In this document: one piece after another, positions 46,969 through 59,301 of the stretch
Numbering within the stretch: position 1 is the first letter of the stretch
Layout of the letters: every line of letters begins with the position of its first letter
DNA from: Phyllobates terribilis
Lineage: Eukaryota
Assembly (NCBI RefSeq): GCF_046119375.1
Contig: NW_027362767.1
Span: 400,582,001-400,646,000 of the forward strand
DNA: 64,000 bases
Direction: 5' to 3'
Made by a program: the position numbers and the translations under genes
The notes under the pieces: model-generated
What the model was told of the DNA's origin: nothing
The model's input: the letters and a program-made list of their open reading frames with translations, nothing else
Databases searched by the model: none

Positions 46969-49900
46969 CTGCAACATAAAAAGGAATAAAATGTCACGTT
47001 TTCTATATTAACAAGCACCTTCGTGTGCGGTATATATTGTATATTCTACTGACCTCTCGCGCTTTCTGCAGGGATGGAGGATCCGAGGGGCGAGAAGAAC
47101 CCATGTTTGCACAGTGGGCAGTACCGTTGATAAAGATGGCGATTTCGGAGCGAGACTGGTTCTTCAACACACTGAGGGCGTGCCAAGGGTCTATGTCCCC
47201 TGCAGGTGATGGAGGTAACAAGGGGAGTTAATCAGTGTAGACCTGGCTGTTAGTCAGAGCCAGGGGCTTAGTTACAGCTGCCGCCCACTATGTACTAAGC
47301 AGTGACTGAAGCCGCACCGGCTGTGCCTCTATGACTGAAAGCCTGAGGCTGCCAGGAGGAATAAAGTTCATGTCCTACCGGCAGCTGAGCCAGGCCGTTT
47401 TAGAACAGTCCAAACAATAGCCGGCACTCACATCTTCTTTAAAGAATTGCTTTATTAATCCAGAAATATAAAACGCACAAACAATGGTTGAACACAACAG
47501 AGCAAAAATTAAAAAGGCAGAAAAGAAAAGATCTGCTGCGCTCCCTGGAAACATGTTTCACACCTACCTGGTCCTTTGTCAATGGCTTGACAAAGGACCA
47601 TGCAGGTCTGAAACATGTTGCCTGGGAGCGCAGCATTAATTTCTTTTCTGTCTTTATAATTTTTGCTCTTTTGTGTTCAACCATTGTTTGTGCCTTTAAT
47701 ATTTCTGGATTAAAAAAGCAATTCTTTAAAGAAGATGTGAGTGCCGGCTATCTTTTGGACTGTTGCTATTACTAGAGTATTTTGCTGTGCACCCGGGCAG
47801 ATGAGCCGATTGCTCCATTTTTTAAAAAATTTTAGAACACTATTAACCTGCAGATTAACCCCACATCTGCAAGTTAATGGTGTTTTTTGTTGTTTGTTTT
47901 TTTTACACATAACAGGTTCCCATTAAAAAGTAAAAAAAAGATACTTTAAATACAGGGTGGTATTAAAAATAAATATAAAGAAGTGAAAACATATTTGCCA
48001 TCGTTATTTCTGTAAAAGTACTAATTGGCAAAAATGTAAAATTAACCTGTTTAAAGAGAAAAAAAAATCAAAACACCAGAATTGTATTTTTATCAGTCTC
48101 TGTAATTCCACCAAAAAAATGCAACCGGAACATTGTATGTACCCGAAAATAATATCAATAAAAAAAAAAATGTAAAAAAAAGTTACGGGTCTTGGAAAAT
48201 GGCGGCAAACTTTTTTTTTTGCTAAATTTCCAACTTTTTTTCACGTTCAGAATATTGTATGGTGTCATTCAAAACTTTAAATATATTAATAGATCACACG
48301 CTTGTTGCAGCACGTAGCACTTACCATTAACAAAGATGATCCTGCTGGACTTGGGATGATCGGCTCCATAAAATTCATTGGTGAACTGGACCGACTGGTG
48401 GACAGACTCTGCGGGGATCTGGAAGATTTCTGTGCAGAGATCCAGCTGAGACTTCAGGGTTATGAGTGGAGAGAATGGGCAGGAGCCGTCCTCACAGGTC
48501 TGATCTGTGGAAGGAAGCAGCGATATCAGGGAGGGCAAGAACTACATTGCTAAAAAAAATGGTTTTCTGGAAATATCTGTGTCAGTTCTTAAAGGAAATG
48601 TGTTATCAGAAAATGCCTTTAATATAAATTATGCTTTTATGTTAATATACACAATTTTTCACTGTTTTATTCTAAATTTTCCATTATATTATCTATATTA
48701 AAAAAAAAAAAAAAAAAAAGCATACTCTTGCACTTTTATTCACTGAGATATTTAATTCTGTTGGGTAGAGATCACTTTGCAGGTATTTCATTATCATCAC
48801 AGACAATGCATAATACTGAATCCACCAGTTACAATTAACAAGTAGTAGAAGGGAACATGACTGCAGGATCAGACTGCGCGGGATTTATTTGTAGTCTGTT
48901 GCCATGGAGAAGCATTTGTTTGTAGTCTGTTGCCATAGAGGAGCTTTAGCCAAGAAATGATAACTCCGTTCTACATGATTTCCATGTATTGGAGCAAGAA
49001 AAACATTAGTAGTAAAAGGTGGAAACAGCCTTTTATTACATAAAGTCAATTTTTAGCATTGTCTACTCGAAAAGAGATGTACCCTCAGCTCACCTCCTCC
49101 TCCTCCATGCACAATGACCTCTGCACAGGTCACAGAGCATGCCCACAAATGTTTCCTATAGAAACCATAGACATTGACATCTAAATGCTTTTAACAATAG
49201 CTCGGACAGGATGACCTCCCCCATAATCATGTACACTTAGGTATTGACTTTTAGACCCCTTTTTTTGATAACTCCCATCATTTGAATGGTTGAAACACAA
49301 GACGTAGACCATAAACACTCACAGTAGCCAAACTCCGTGCACGTCTGGTAATACCACTGCCGTTCCCCGACTCCAACCGGATTGAGCTGCGTATTTCTCA
49401 GGTCTGACAAGGTTTTCTCGTGGGAGTTTTCCACGCATTTCAGTCCTATAAAATCCATGTACATCTGCCAGAGACCAGACACAGGGTAAACCAAATGTTA
49501 GCCGCCAGAAGAATTGGACCAGTCACTTTTAAGCCGCTTCATGACTTTCGAAGACTGAAGCAACATGTGCACAGCAAGTCTTTTTTTACATTGCTGTGCA
49601 TATGTTCATTCTTTTAGGCATTTTTTTAATGCTTTTTCAGGGGGTATCCGCCTGAAAAAGACATTGTATGCAAACTGCAGAGCTTACAGAATTGACAATC
49701 CTCAGTCCTTCGTACGCAGATTCCGCACTGACAATGCGATCGCAAATCTTCCTCACGTCACTGCCTGGGGTTTCCATGTTGTATTGCACCGCGCCCATAA
49801 ATATATCTGCCAGGTTGCTGACAAATTCTGCATAGTCTTCAGGTGCACGGAGAGGCGAACACGAATAGAAGTCTTTCTCCAGTTTCGAGACATTCCCAGA

Positions 49901-52900
49901 GTGCAGGATGGAGTCCACTGCTTGGAAACTCTCCCTCACTTTGTCCAAACACTGCAAACACATCACACCAGGGAATTAGGAACTATACAAACATGGTGGC
50001 CACTTACTGTAATAGGATGCAGATGACAGTCAGCGCAATATATATATATACTCATGTTATGTGAGCTGAAAATGCAGCTGTTCGATGTTCTTCTGTTGGG
50101 ATGGAGTCCCGGATTGTGCCATAAAGTGTACGGATCTGACATAAACCATTGACATGGCCACATGAATGAAGTTGTAGGCGGCATTCACACCACGGTTAGG
50201 ATCTAAAAATGGTATTTTCAGAGGAAAGTGAGGACATTTTAGATTACAAACCTTATTTTTTCTTATCTTGTTCTTCATCCCAGAGCTCAAAAAAGTGAGG
50301 GATGGCACACACAAAAAATTGCACAAGGATATGGTGTATTGCAGCCCACCCCAAAAGGAGAATGGCCCCCAATAAACCTTTCCCCATCTCTCCAGAGCAG
50401 AAGAGACATGAATCGGTAGCCCACCCTCCACAAATCTGATAGAAAGAGAAAGAGCGGCAGAACTATAGTTGAATATAGTGTGCTCGAAGAAGGGACTCGG
50501 GGTCCAGACTCCTCAAACTAAGAACCTCAGCACCACAGAAAGGAGAAGAGACTATAGGTCAAGTGTTATTTATTTTGATCAAAAAACAGATATAGTCCAA
50601 CATTTTGACCGGGATCTTTGTCATGGACATCTGTGAGTCGGAAATGCAGCAAGGTGTGGGACATGAGCTTTGGGAGAACCAATCGTACCCCCAACATCCG
50701 CCTGGGCGGTCACTTCCGTGGACTTAAGTACCAGTCTAGTCAGTCTCTCTTCCATGCAGAGGAAAAGTAAGAGGGGCACACAACCCTAATCTGTTCAGCA
50801 GGGAACCCATAAGGCAACCACATCCCAAAAAGACCTTGTGATTGACACAGTGATAATCAGCATGAAATAACGTAGGGATTTACAGTGTAACATTGACCGG
50901 ACCTTTAAAAGGTGAAATTTAAAAACACCCATCCTAGCTAGAAGGCCGCAATAAGGGTGTTTGCCCTAAAAGAATGAAAGTGAAGTGCGCGGTCACTCAA
51001 GTGGGGTCCAAGACCCAGTGAGTTCAGGCACCAAAGGGTCACATCTCCCGGGGCACTTCTACGCTCTTAAACTATTCGTCCCATTGGCTCGATACTGGGG
51101 GGTCAGGATTTTCATAGGATGTTAGAGTTTGAAGGGACCTCCAGGGTAATCGTGTCCAACCCCCTGCTCAATGCAGGAGTCAGTAAACCATCCTTTGTCC
51201 AGCCTCTGTTTGAAGACTTCCGTTGAAGGAGAACTCACCACCTCTCATGGTAGGTGACATAAGCCTTCGCTTGAGGCTTCCACCCAGTGAACATTAGTGC
51301 ATCCACCCCAACATCAGAAGACCAGGCCAAACCTACTAATAGGAACAAATGCTACACTTAATCTTAGAAGCGTGTTCACACCACATTTTGGTGCATATTC
51401 CTCTCCTAATTACTTAGATGAGTAGGTGAGTTTTGGCAATACAGTCACATCTTGTATGGTTCTTGGAAGGTACAGATTTTCTTTGCACAGAACCAGCTGT
51501 TGTAGCAAGAAATACTGCAGGCAATGATTCCGGGGAAAACAGCGCTGTCTTACAGGGTAGCTACCTATAGGTGGCACTAGAGAGTTTACTTCTAGAGGAG
51601 AGTCTCCGCATGCATAGCGGACGCCCATCCAGTGAGGAAGGAGGACATTTTTTTAAGTTATCAAACTAAAGTAAATGTTCATGGTGCAATCCAATGATTA
51701 CCAACATGACATATCTGTCCCAATGCTTGACGAACCATATCATGTATGTTAGGAATGTCACCGTCGTCAGACTCAGGAGCCACTTATTTTCAAGAAGATT
51801 CTGTCAAGTGAAATATTTAACATTCTATTTTTGTATTCGTCTTGACCAAGATCTGTGCCCAAAATGAAAAATTAAATTTTCCATATGAAATCTAATATAT
51901 ACTTGGTTTGTGTGTAATATATAATATTACATACACAAAGTATCGCTAAAAAAAATCATGCAATGTTAACATTGGCCAATAGGACTCATACCATACTCAC
52001 ATTTCCTGTTCTTTATAGAAATCTTTTCAGCAGTCTCATTATCAGCACAGACAGGATTACACTGAAAGGTAACACCTCCTAATAAGTAGATAATCCAGGA
52101 TCTACCATTCACAATAGGTGATATCACAGCTCACCTCCTCCTCTTCCTGTACAATGACTGATAACACCTCTATCTACAATAGATACAACAGTATCCACCA
52201 TTCACAATAGGTGATGTCACAGCTCACCTCCTCCTCCTGTACAATGACTGATAACACCTCTATCTACAATAGATACAACAGTATCCACCATTCACAATAG
52301 GTGATGTCACAGATTACCTCCTCCCCATCCTGTACAATCACCTTTTCCCTGATAAAAGCAATTTATACTTCAACATACGTTTCGCACTCATTGCTTCCTC
52401 AGGGTGCAGCATGTCCCCTGAGGAAGCCATGAGTGCAAAATTTGTCGCCTTGGGGACTTGGGTCAAAGTACAGCCTGGATACACAAAATGGGTAATTACC
52501 TTTTACAATAATACTTGCAACAAAAGCATATCCCTTGGCATGGCCTATTTTGAGTATTACAGATAACATGCATTAATATCGATAGAAGGTAACAATGTCA
52601 CTCTATGTATAGTAAAAGGTTAATACAAACATAGACAATATGAGTGCATTGGTTTCTGCATTATATGCACTTTCTACATGATTAGGCCATTGTTACTCAT
52701 GTGGCCAACCCATAGGCTATATAAATTATTTTCTCTCTTGATGCTATTAACTAATTGCAACCAGGTTTAATCCTCGGCCCTTACATCCGGGATCATTTCA
52801 CTGACCTCATATGCACCCATATTCTCATTTGTATATGTAACATTGTTATATTAAATCCTTTTAATTCTTTTTTTTCGTACAAATAAAATTCATATTTTAA

Positions 52901-54109
52901 AAGCATTATAGACTCTTGTTCTCCTGATTTGCAAAAAATAAAAATAAAAAATAGAGACCGAGTCAGTCTGTTGCTCGTAATGTTAATGTGATGACTAGGA
53001 AGTAGGATAGTATACTATAGTGATCTGAAAAATTAAAAAAAAAAAAATACATTTAAACACAGAAAGCTAAATTAAGCAATAAGTCATTTCTGATGACACA
53101 GAATAGCAGATGCAGATTTGTGTTTGTGATTCCGAGCTCCAACTCTCCTGTATAGGCAGAATTAAATAAAATGCATGCTGCCACCACTAGAGGGAGAACA
53201 GGAGCTTAGTGCAGACAACTCACCGGATAAGCTCCCTCTAGTGGTGGCAGAGGTCAGCCAGAATCATTTAGCTCTCTGACTGGGTGCAGAATTGTGTATT
53301 AGAGATCCAACAATAGTGTTTGCATGGTTAGAATAATGTACGTAAGAGCAGACTGGACTGTACCTTGGTTGATCCTCCGATGACTGGATCTGACAGGCTC
53401 TGAGCCACTACCTGCAATGAGGAGAAGAAGAGGGTGACAAAACGACAAGAAAACATGGACAGCAAGCAGCGGGACGGCGATCGACAAACTTGATATAGGC
53501 TAGCAAGAGATATCAGACCCCCCAGTGTGCGATATGGGGGCAACCTGGCTTTAGTCTCCGTAGACAGAGACGGCCAATACATTTTGGAGCTTGGTGGGAT
53601 TTTCAGTACAGAGATTCTGACCAGTCCTAAGGTCGCTATAAAAGTGCAATTAATGAATCTACAAATAATATTTTGGAGAAACCATAAGACAACGACCTTA
53701 TTATAATCTGTAAAGTCCAACTTTGCCCTGACTGGGGCGGAGGAGGCCACAGCGGCGTACACCAAATGTGGGAACTGCAAAAAGAAGAAAAAGGGCGGGA
53801 TATAGAATGATAATAATAATAATAATAATAAGTGATATATAATGTTATAATAATAATAATAACATTATATCACGGCATCAGCATGATGTCATATATACTA
53901 TATATACTGATGCAATAATCATCCCAGAGTAATACCTTATAAGTTACCATCAGTGTGCATTGTTACTACAATGGGCCTTTAATAAGAGTTACTACCCTCC
54001 AGGTATTAATAGGAACCCCCCCTCGACATGCTTGTAGTGTTAATTATTTGTATTTCTTGTTAAAGGAGTACTCCCATCTCCAAGATCCTATCCCAATATT
54101 TAGTAGGTG

Positions 54110-54140
<31 letters not shown>

Positions 54141-57100
54141 TATTAGTAAATACTTCCAATTAGAAATGTAGTATAGTTCTGCTGATTCGCTATGTTGTTT
54201 ACCCCATGTGCAGGGCACTGCAATAGCTTAGGTATCCATGGTTACGACCATTCATATAGTAACAGTTAGGTATCCATGGTTACAACCACTAAGAACTAAC
54301 TGTCACTATATGAGTGGTCGTAATCATGGATACCTAAGCTACTGCAATGCCCTGCACATGAGGAAAAAGACATAGCGAATCAGAAGAGCTGTACTACATT
54401 ACAAATAGGAGGTATTAGCTAATATTACTATTATTACACCTAGTACATATTGGGATAGAATCTTAGAGATGAGAATAACCCTTTAAATTTATCTGCAGGT
54501 AAATAGCATTTTCTGAGACGACAGGTTCCCTTTAAGGCCTCCATACATATTAGAGAAAAGTCGGCTGAACCTGTCGAATTTCGGCATGACCTCTTGCCGA
54601 ACTAACGCAGACCAAGCCCGATCTATCTTCCACAATCAAAGACTCTGAAAGTTGGATCGTCCATATTGAAATTTTAGCCCTTGATCCTGTGGTTCTCCCT
54701 GGAGAGGAGCTGTGAGGGGTCCTGTAGTATCTTTCCTCATTGAAAACATATGCACGCTTAGCAGAACTGAGCGTACATGTGTATGGGTGGGAGAGGGGAT
54801 CAGGAGTTATGGCTGTCGTTCAGGGTGTAAGACCACCTTTATAGTATGGGGAGCACAGTACCATACAGAATGCAATCAAATCCTCAATTCACACCGAGAC
54901 CCACCTTCAGTCTAAACCACGCAGAAAGGGATCCTGGATAAGAGCCTCCAAAGCAAATCCAAGTGTTATTCGGTGTCAAATTATATTTCTGAGAGATGAA
55001 CAGATGGAAAGAAGCCAGATCTGCAAGCCTAAGTAATGAGATGCGAAAAGAAAAGATGAATATATAGAAATTAAGCAACAGTCCAAACGATAGCCGGCAC
55101 TCACATCTTCTTAAAGGAATAGCTTTATTGATCCAGAAGTATAAACGGCACAAAAAATGGTTGAAAACAATAGCACAAAAATTAAAAAGGCAGAAAAGAA
55201 ATATCCACTGCGCTCCCAGGCAACATGTTTCAGACCTACAGTACATGGCTTGATAAAGGACTATGTAGGTCTGAAACATGTTGCCTGGGAGCGCAGTGTT
55301 CAACCATTTTTTTGCGCCTTTTATACTACTGGATCAATAAAGCAATTCCTTTAAGAAGATGTGAGTGCCGGCTATCGTTTGGGCTATTGCTATTACTGGA
55401 GTATTTTGCCGGGCACTTGGACAGGTGAGCCATTTGCTCCTTGTTCACATTTATATGGAAATTAAAAGGTACAATATCAAGACAAGGAGTAGAAATGCTA
55501 GAAAATATTCATTATGGTGAAGCAGGTCTAGCTGTTCTGATGTATAAAGAGTTTATTTCCGTCCTGGTGTGCGAGGTGTGGATATACACGTCCGTACTTA
55601 CGCCTGCTGGCTGGACAGGAACCTTATTGCTTGAAGGGTCAATCCATCTTGATTGATGCTGGCTCCATAATACCGATGTTCAAGAGACACCAGAAGGGCT
55701 TGATGTTTCTGAGCCAACTCCACGTGCTCGCCTACATGGGAGTTACATTTACTTATATTAATTCTCTTAAAAGAGACAATAAAGTCATTATAAAAAATAA
55801 AAAAAAAGTAAATATTAAAAATGAGCAAACAGACGAAAACTACCGAGGTCCGGTGTCCAAATCTGGTGCACTGTGGCACCTGGATCAGGGCAGTGTTGAC
55901 TTCTGCCATGGTAATGCTCTGCCCGACAGCCAGGGCGCCTCTTCCGATTACTGGTCTCTTGTGACGTCATGACTATGCTGGGGCATAGTAAGTCGCAGAA
56001 CTGGTGTCTTCCCCTCATGCTTCAAACATGCCTCAATCACACCCATCCTTGACCCATCCTCTCTGGCTAGCTATCGTCCGATATCACTTCTCCCTTACGC
56101 CTCAAAACTACTGGAACAACATGTCCATTCTGAACTGTCCTCCCACCTCTCCTCCTGCTTCCTCTTTGACCGCTTACAATCTGGCCTCCGACCGCATCAC
56201 TCCACTGAAACTGCCCTGACTAAAGTCACCGACGACCTACTAACCGACAAATCCAAAGACATTACTTTGTCCTTCTCCTTCTGGACCGGTCATCTGCCTT
56301 TGACACAGTAGACCATTCCCTCTTACTATAGACGCTCATCTCTTGGCATCACGGACTTGGCCCTATCTTGGATCTCCTCATACTTAACAGACAGGACATT
56401 CAGTGTCTCCCACTAACACACCACCTCCTCATCTCGCCCCCTATCTGTCGGTGTCCCCCAAGGTTCAGTCCTAGGACCTCTGCTCTTCTCAATCTACACC
56501 TTCGGTCTGAGACATCTCATAGAGTCTCACGGCTTTCAGTATCACCTCTATGATGACGACACACAGATCTACCTCTCTGGACCTGATATCTCCTCCCTAC
56601 TAACTAGAATCCCACACTGCCTGTCCGCTATCTCATCCTTCTTCTCTGCTAGATTTCTAAAACTTAATATGGATAAAACTGAATTCATCATCTTTCCCCC
56701 CCATCTCACTCAGCACCCTCATCTGACCTATCCATCAAAATCAATGGCTGTCCACTTTCCCCAGTCCCACAAGCTCGCTGCCTTGGGGTAACCGTGGACT
56801 CTAACCTCTCCTTCAAACCACATATTCAAGCCCTTTCCACTTCCTGCCGACTCAAACTCAAAAATATCTCCCGGATCCGCACATTTCTCAACCACGAATC
56901 TGCAAAAACACTAGTCCATGCCCTCATCATCTCCCACCTCGACTACTGCAACCTCCTGCTCTGTGGCCTCCCTTCAACCACTCTCGCACCCCTCCAATCT
57001 ATCCTAAACTCTGCTGCCCGACTAATCCACCTGTCCGCCCGCTATTCCCCGGCCTCTCCTCTCTGTCAAATGCTTCACTGGCTCCCCATTACCCAGAGAC

Positions 57101-58844
57101 TGCAGTTCAAAACTCTAACCTTGGCATACAAAGTCATCCACAACCTGTCTCCTCCTTACATCTGTGACCTAGTCTCCAAGTACACACCTACACGCAACCT
57201 CTGATCCTCACAAGGTCTCCTGCTCTACTCCCCTCTTATATCATCTTCCCACAATCGCATACAAGATTTCTCCCGTGCATCCCCCCTACTCTGGAACTCT
57301 CTACCCCAACACATCAGACTCTCGCCTACCGTGGAAACCTTCAAAAGGAACCTGAAGACCCACCTCTTCCAACAAGCCTACAACCTGCAGCAACCACCGC
57401 TCCACCATACCGCTGCACGACCAGCTCTGTCTTCACCTACTGTATCCTCACCCATCCCTTGTAGACTGTGAGCCCTCGCGGGCATGGTCCTCTCTCCTTC
57501 TGTACCAATTTGCCGTTGCTTTTTTGCTCAAGAGTATTGTAATTGTTTTTGCTATGTATAGCCCCGTTTTCACATGTAAAGCGCCATGGAATAAATGGCG
57601 CTATAATAATAAATAATAATAATAATAAAGTGTCCAGACAGAATAACCACTGCAAAAGTGAACCCTGCCCTGATCCAGGTGCCACTGAGAACCAAACTGG
57701 ACCATGGCAGGTTGTATCTTTTTTGCTCATCTCTAGTAAAAAAAAAAATCTATCAGTCAATCTTCAAGAATTTCTGTAAGCCCTGGAAAAAGTTATGTAG
57801 AAATCTGACAATGGTCCATCTCCAACTTCTGCGGGTAAACAAATGAGTGCCTGAGGTCAGGGGTGTAGCAAATCACCGTTAAGCACAATATCAAGCCTTC
57901 TACCCGGAGGGAACATCTTAATCAAAGGTGAAGGGTCTTTTTTTTTGGTTTTGTTAGTAGACAGGACTGTGGGGGGAGGTTTCTGCTTCCACAACCTGCC
58001 TCCCAGCCAGTCACAATAGTATAACCACGCCTTGAGAAAACCGATACCTCCTTGCCACATATCCAAGCTTTGCGATACACCAGCGTGAGACAGTGGAGTC
58101 AAGGTAGAGAAGATCTTTGCAAGCGTTTCTATTTTTTTTTTTAATTTAATGCCCAATTTATTCAGTGCCCCATTACTCTTGACCAAATACACAATAAGCA
58201 TCAATTACTGTTCTTCAACCTTGTCACAATAGGCTGGAGATATTTATTAAATGTACGTGCCAAATAGACAAGTGCCATGTCTCATACTAACCGGCTAATA
58301 CTGAGAATTCAGACTCGGCGCTCTCCCCTCCAATAAACAAGAAGACGGGTCCACCGGGGCGTCTCCAAAATTCTTCATTTATCCAATATCTCTGCAGAAA
58401 AAAAAATTCCCAGTCTTTAAAAAAAAAAAAACTTAAATGGATTGAGCACATTAAAAGGTGTCACATCAGCCACCTTGGCAATCAGCTGATATTTCGCGGG
58501 AAAGCCGACATTTTTGGCCACGCATCTCCAAAGTGGGAATAAATGGATGACCTTGTAATATAATGGCCCAATGATAGGGGAAGGGGGAATTATTTTAGCA
58601 ATTTGCAAAACTTTTGTAGCATAAAAAGGTTGCACAATATGGCTATTTCCTAAATCATTTTGGACTTTAAAAAGTAGTAAGATAATTGGTGCTGGGTTAA
58701 CCAGGTGGAGGTGGAACCAGCAAGTTTCCGACAGAGTAAGTCTATGTTCACATGTCCAGTAATCATCTGTTAGAACGGAACCAGCAAGCAAAATGGGAGA
58801 ACAATGGATGGCTAATTAACAGATCCGTTGTCCATAGACTTCAA

Positions 58845-58896
<52 letters not shown>

Positions 58897-59301
58897 CAGC
58901 AGACATCAGTTTTTGAAAAACGGACTAAAAAGTTGTGTCTGCCCAACTTTTTTGCCAACGGATTGCTGCTGGATCCGTTCTAACGGATCATTACTGGACG
59001 TCATAAAAGGCACAGCTTTTAATTATCTGGCTTCCAATCAGTGTTTACTTACCTGTTTATACGTGTCATTATTCCTCCGGTTGAAGTGGTCGAGGGGCTG
59101 CGTGAGAAAGCCTTCTACTGGGGGCACGTACAAGGCAGCACCCTTTGGAAACCCAAGACGACTATAGAAGGATTTAAAGTTCTGCACCTCTCGTAGTTGG
59201 TGGATTTTTTTACGGATCTGTCTTTGGTTCCAGGCTGAAATGGAAAAGTAGTAGGTGACGTAAGTAAGGACGGAGATCCAAGTAAAGCTGGCCGTAGACA
59301 T
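46915..59301 (-). CDS. PRSS16: Thymus-specific serine protease (peptidase S28), 504 aa; join complement(59053..59301,58292..58391,55602..55731,54905..55028,53697..53774,53364..53411,49688..49951,49323..49464,48325..48504,47054..47199,46915..46968)
   Basis: Eleven GT-AG exons total 1515 nt with consistent phases. Signal-peptide-like N-terminus; S28 motifs [31 protein letters not shown] (Ser), [41 protein letters not shown] (Asp), AHCANM (His). The GDxDPWHxLSV motif fits PRSS16 better than PRCP or DPP7. Confidence 0.9.
47054..47199 (-). CDS. PRSS16: PRSS16 coding exon 10 (catalytic Asp, His)
   Basis: [10 protein letters not shown]...GTAHCANM...PSLQKARE. Confidence 0.93.
47404..47817. mobile_element. 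Palindromic Penelope-like element copy A (PRSS16 intron 9)
   Basis: ~180-bp inverted arms centred near 47585, plus a tail shared with copy B; hammerhead-like motif at 47584-47622. Confidence 0.65.
48325..48504 (-). CDS. PRSS16: PRSS16 coding exon 9
   Basis: [11 protein letters not shown]...[10 protein letters not shown]...TNEFYGA...IIFVN. Confidence 0.92.
49323..49464 (-). CDS. PRSS16: PRSS16 coding exon 8
   Basis: [10 protein letters not shown]...[15 protein letters not shown]. Confidence 0.92.
49688..49951 (-). CDS. PRSS16: PRSS16 coding exon 7
   Basis: CLDKVRESF...FMGAVQYN...GLRIVNS. Confidence 0.9.
51112..51253 (-). mobile_element. Short CR1 3'-end fragment
   Basis: Reverse complement of the CR1 3' UTR (ttcaaacagaggctggac...ccaactctaac). 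Confidence 0.75.
52070..52335 (+). repeat. ~90-bp tandem repeat, ~3 copies
   Basis: ccaccattcacaataggtgatgtcacagctcacctcctcc... repeats. Confidence 0.75.
53364..53411 (-). CDS. PRSS16: PRSS16 coding exon 6
   Basis: [16 protein letters not shown]. Confidence 0.88.
53697..53774 (-). CDS. PRSS16: PRSS16 coding exon 5
   Basis: [26 protein letters not shown]. Confidence 0.92.
54064..54482. mobile_element. T2/Kolobok-like MITE family A copy 5
   Basis: TTAA at 54060-54063 and 54483-54486; same sequence family as 5267-5615. Confidence 0.75.
54905..55028 (-). CDS. PRSS16: PRSS16 coding exon 4 (catalytic Ser)
   Basis: [41 protein letters not shown]. Confidence 0.93.
55078..55440. mobile_element. 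Palindromic Penelope-like element copy B (PRSS16 intron 3)
   Basis: Homologous to 47404-47817; hammerhead-like motif at 55247-55285. Confidence 0.65.
55602..55731 (-). CDS. PRSS16: PRSS16 coding exon 3
   Basis: [42 protein letters not shown]. Confidence 0.92.
56000..57628 (+). mobile_element. 5'-truncated L2 LINE with a decayed RT
   Basis: [44 protein letters not shown]; ends aagcgccatggaataaatggcgctat(aat)n. Confidence 0.92.
58292..58391 (-). CDS. PRSS16: PRSS16 coding exon 2
   Basis: [33 protein letters not shown]; not in the ORF track, read by hand. Confidence 0.9.
59053..59301 (-). CDS. PRSS16: PRSS16 coding exon 1
   Basis: [23 protein letters not shown]...[21 protein letters not shown]; GTAAGT donor. 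The start codon is the least certain part. Confidence 0.82.

Noticed and set aside
57857-58620. Possible L1-like fragments flanking PRSS16 exon 2
   Set aside because: No recognisable RT or endonuclease motif; too weak to call without a search.
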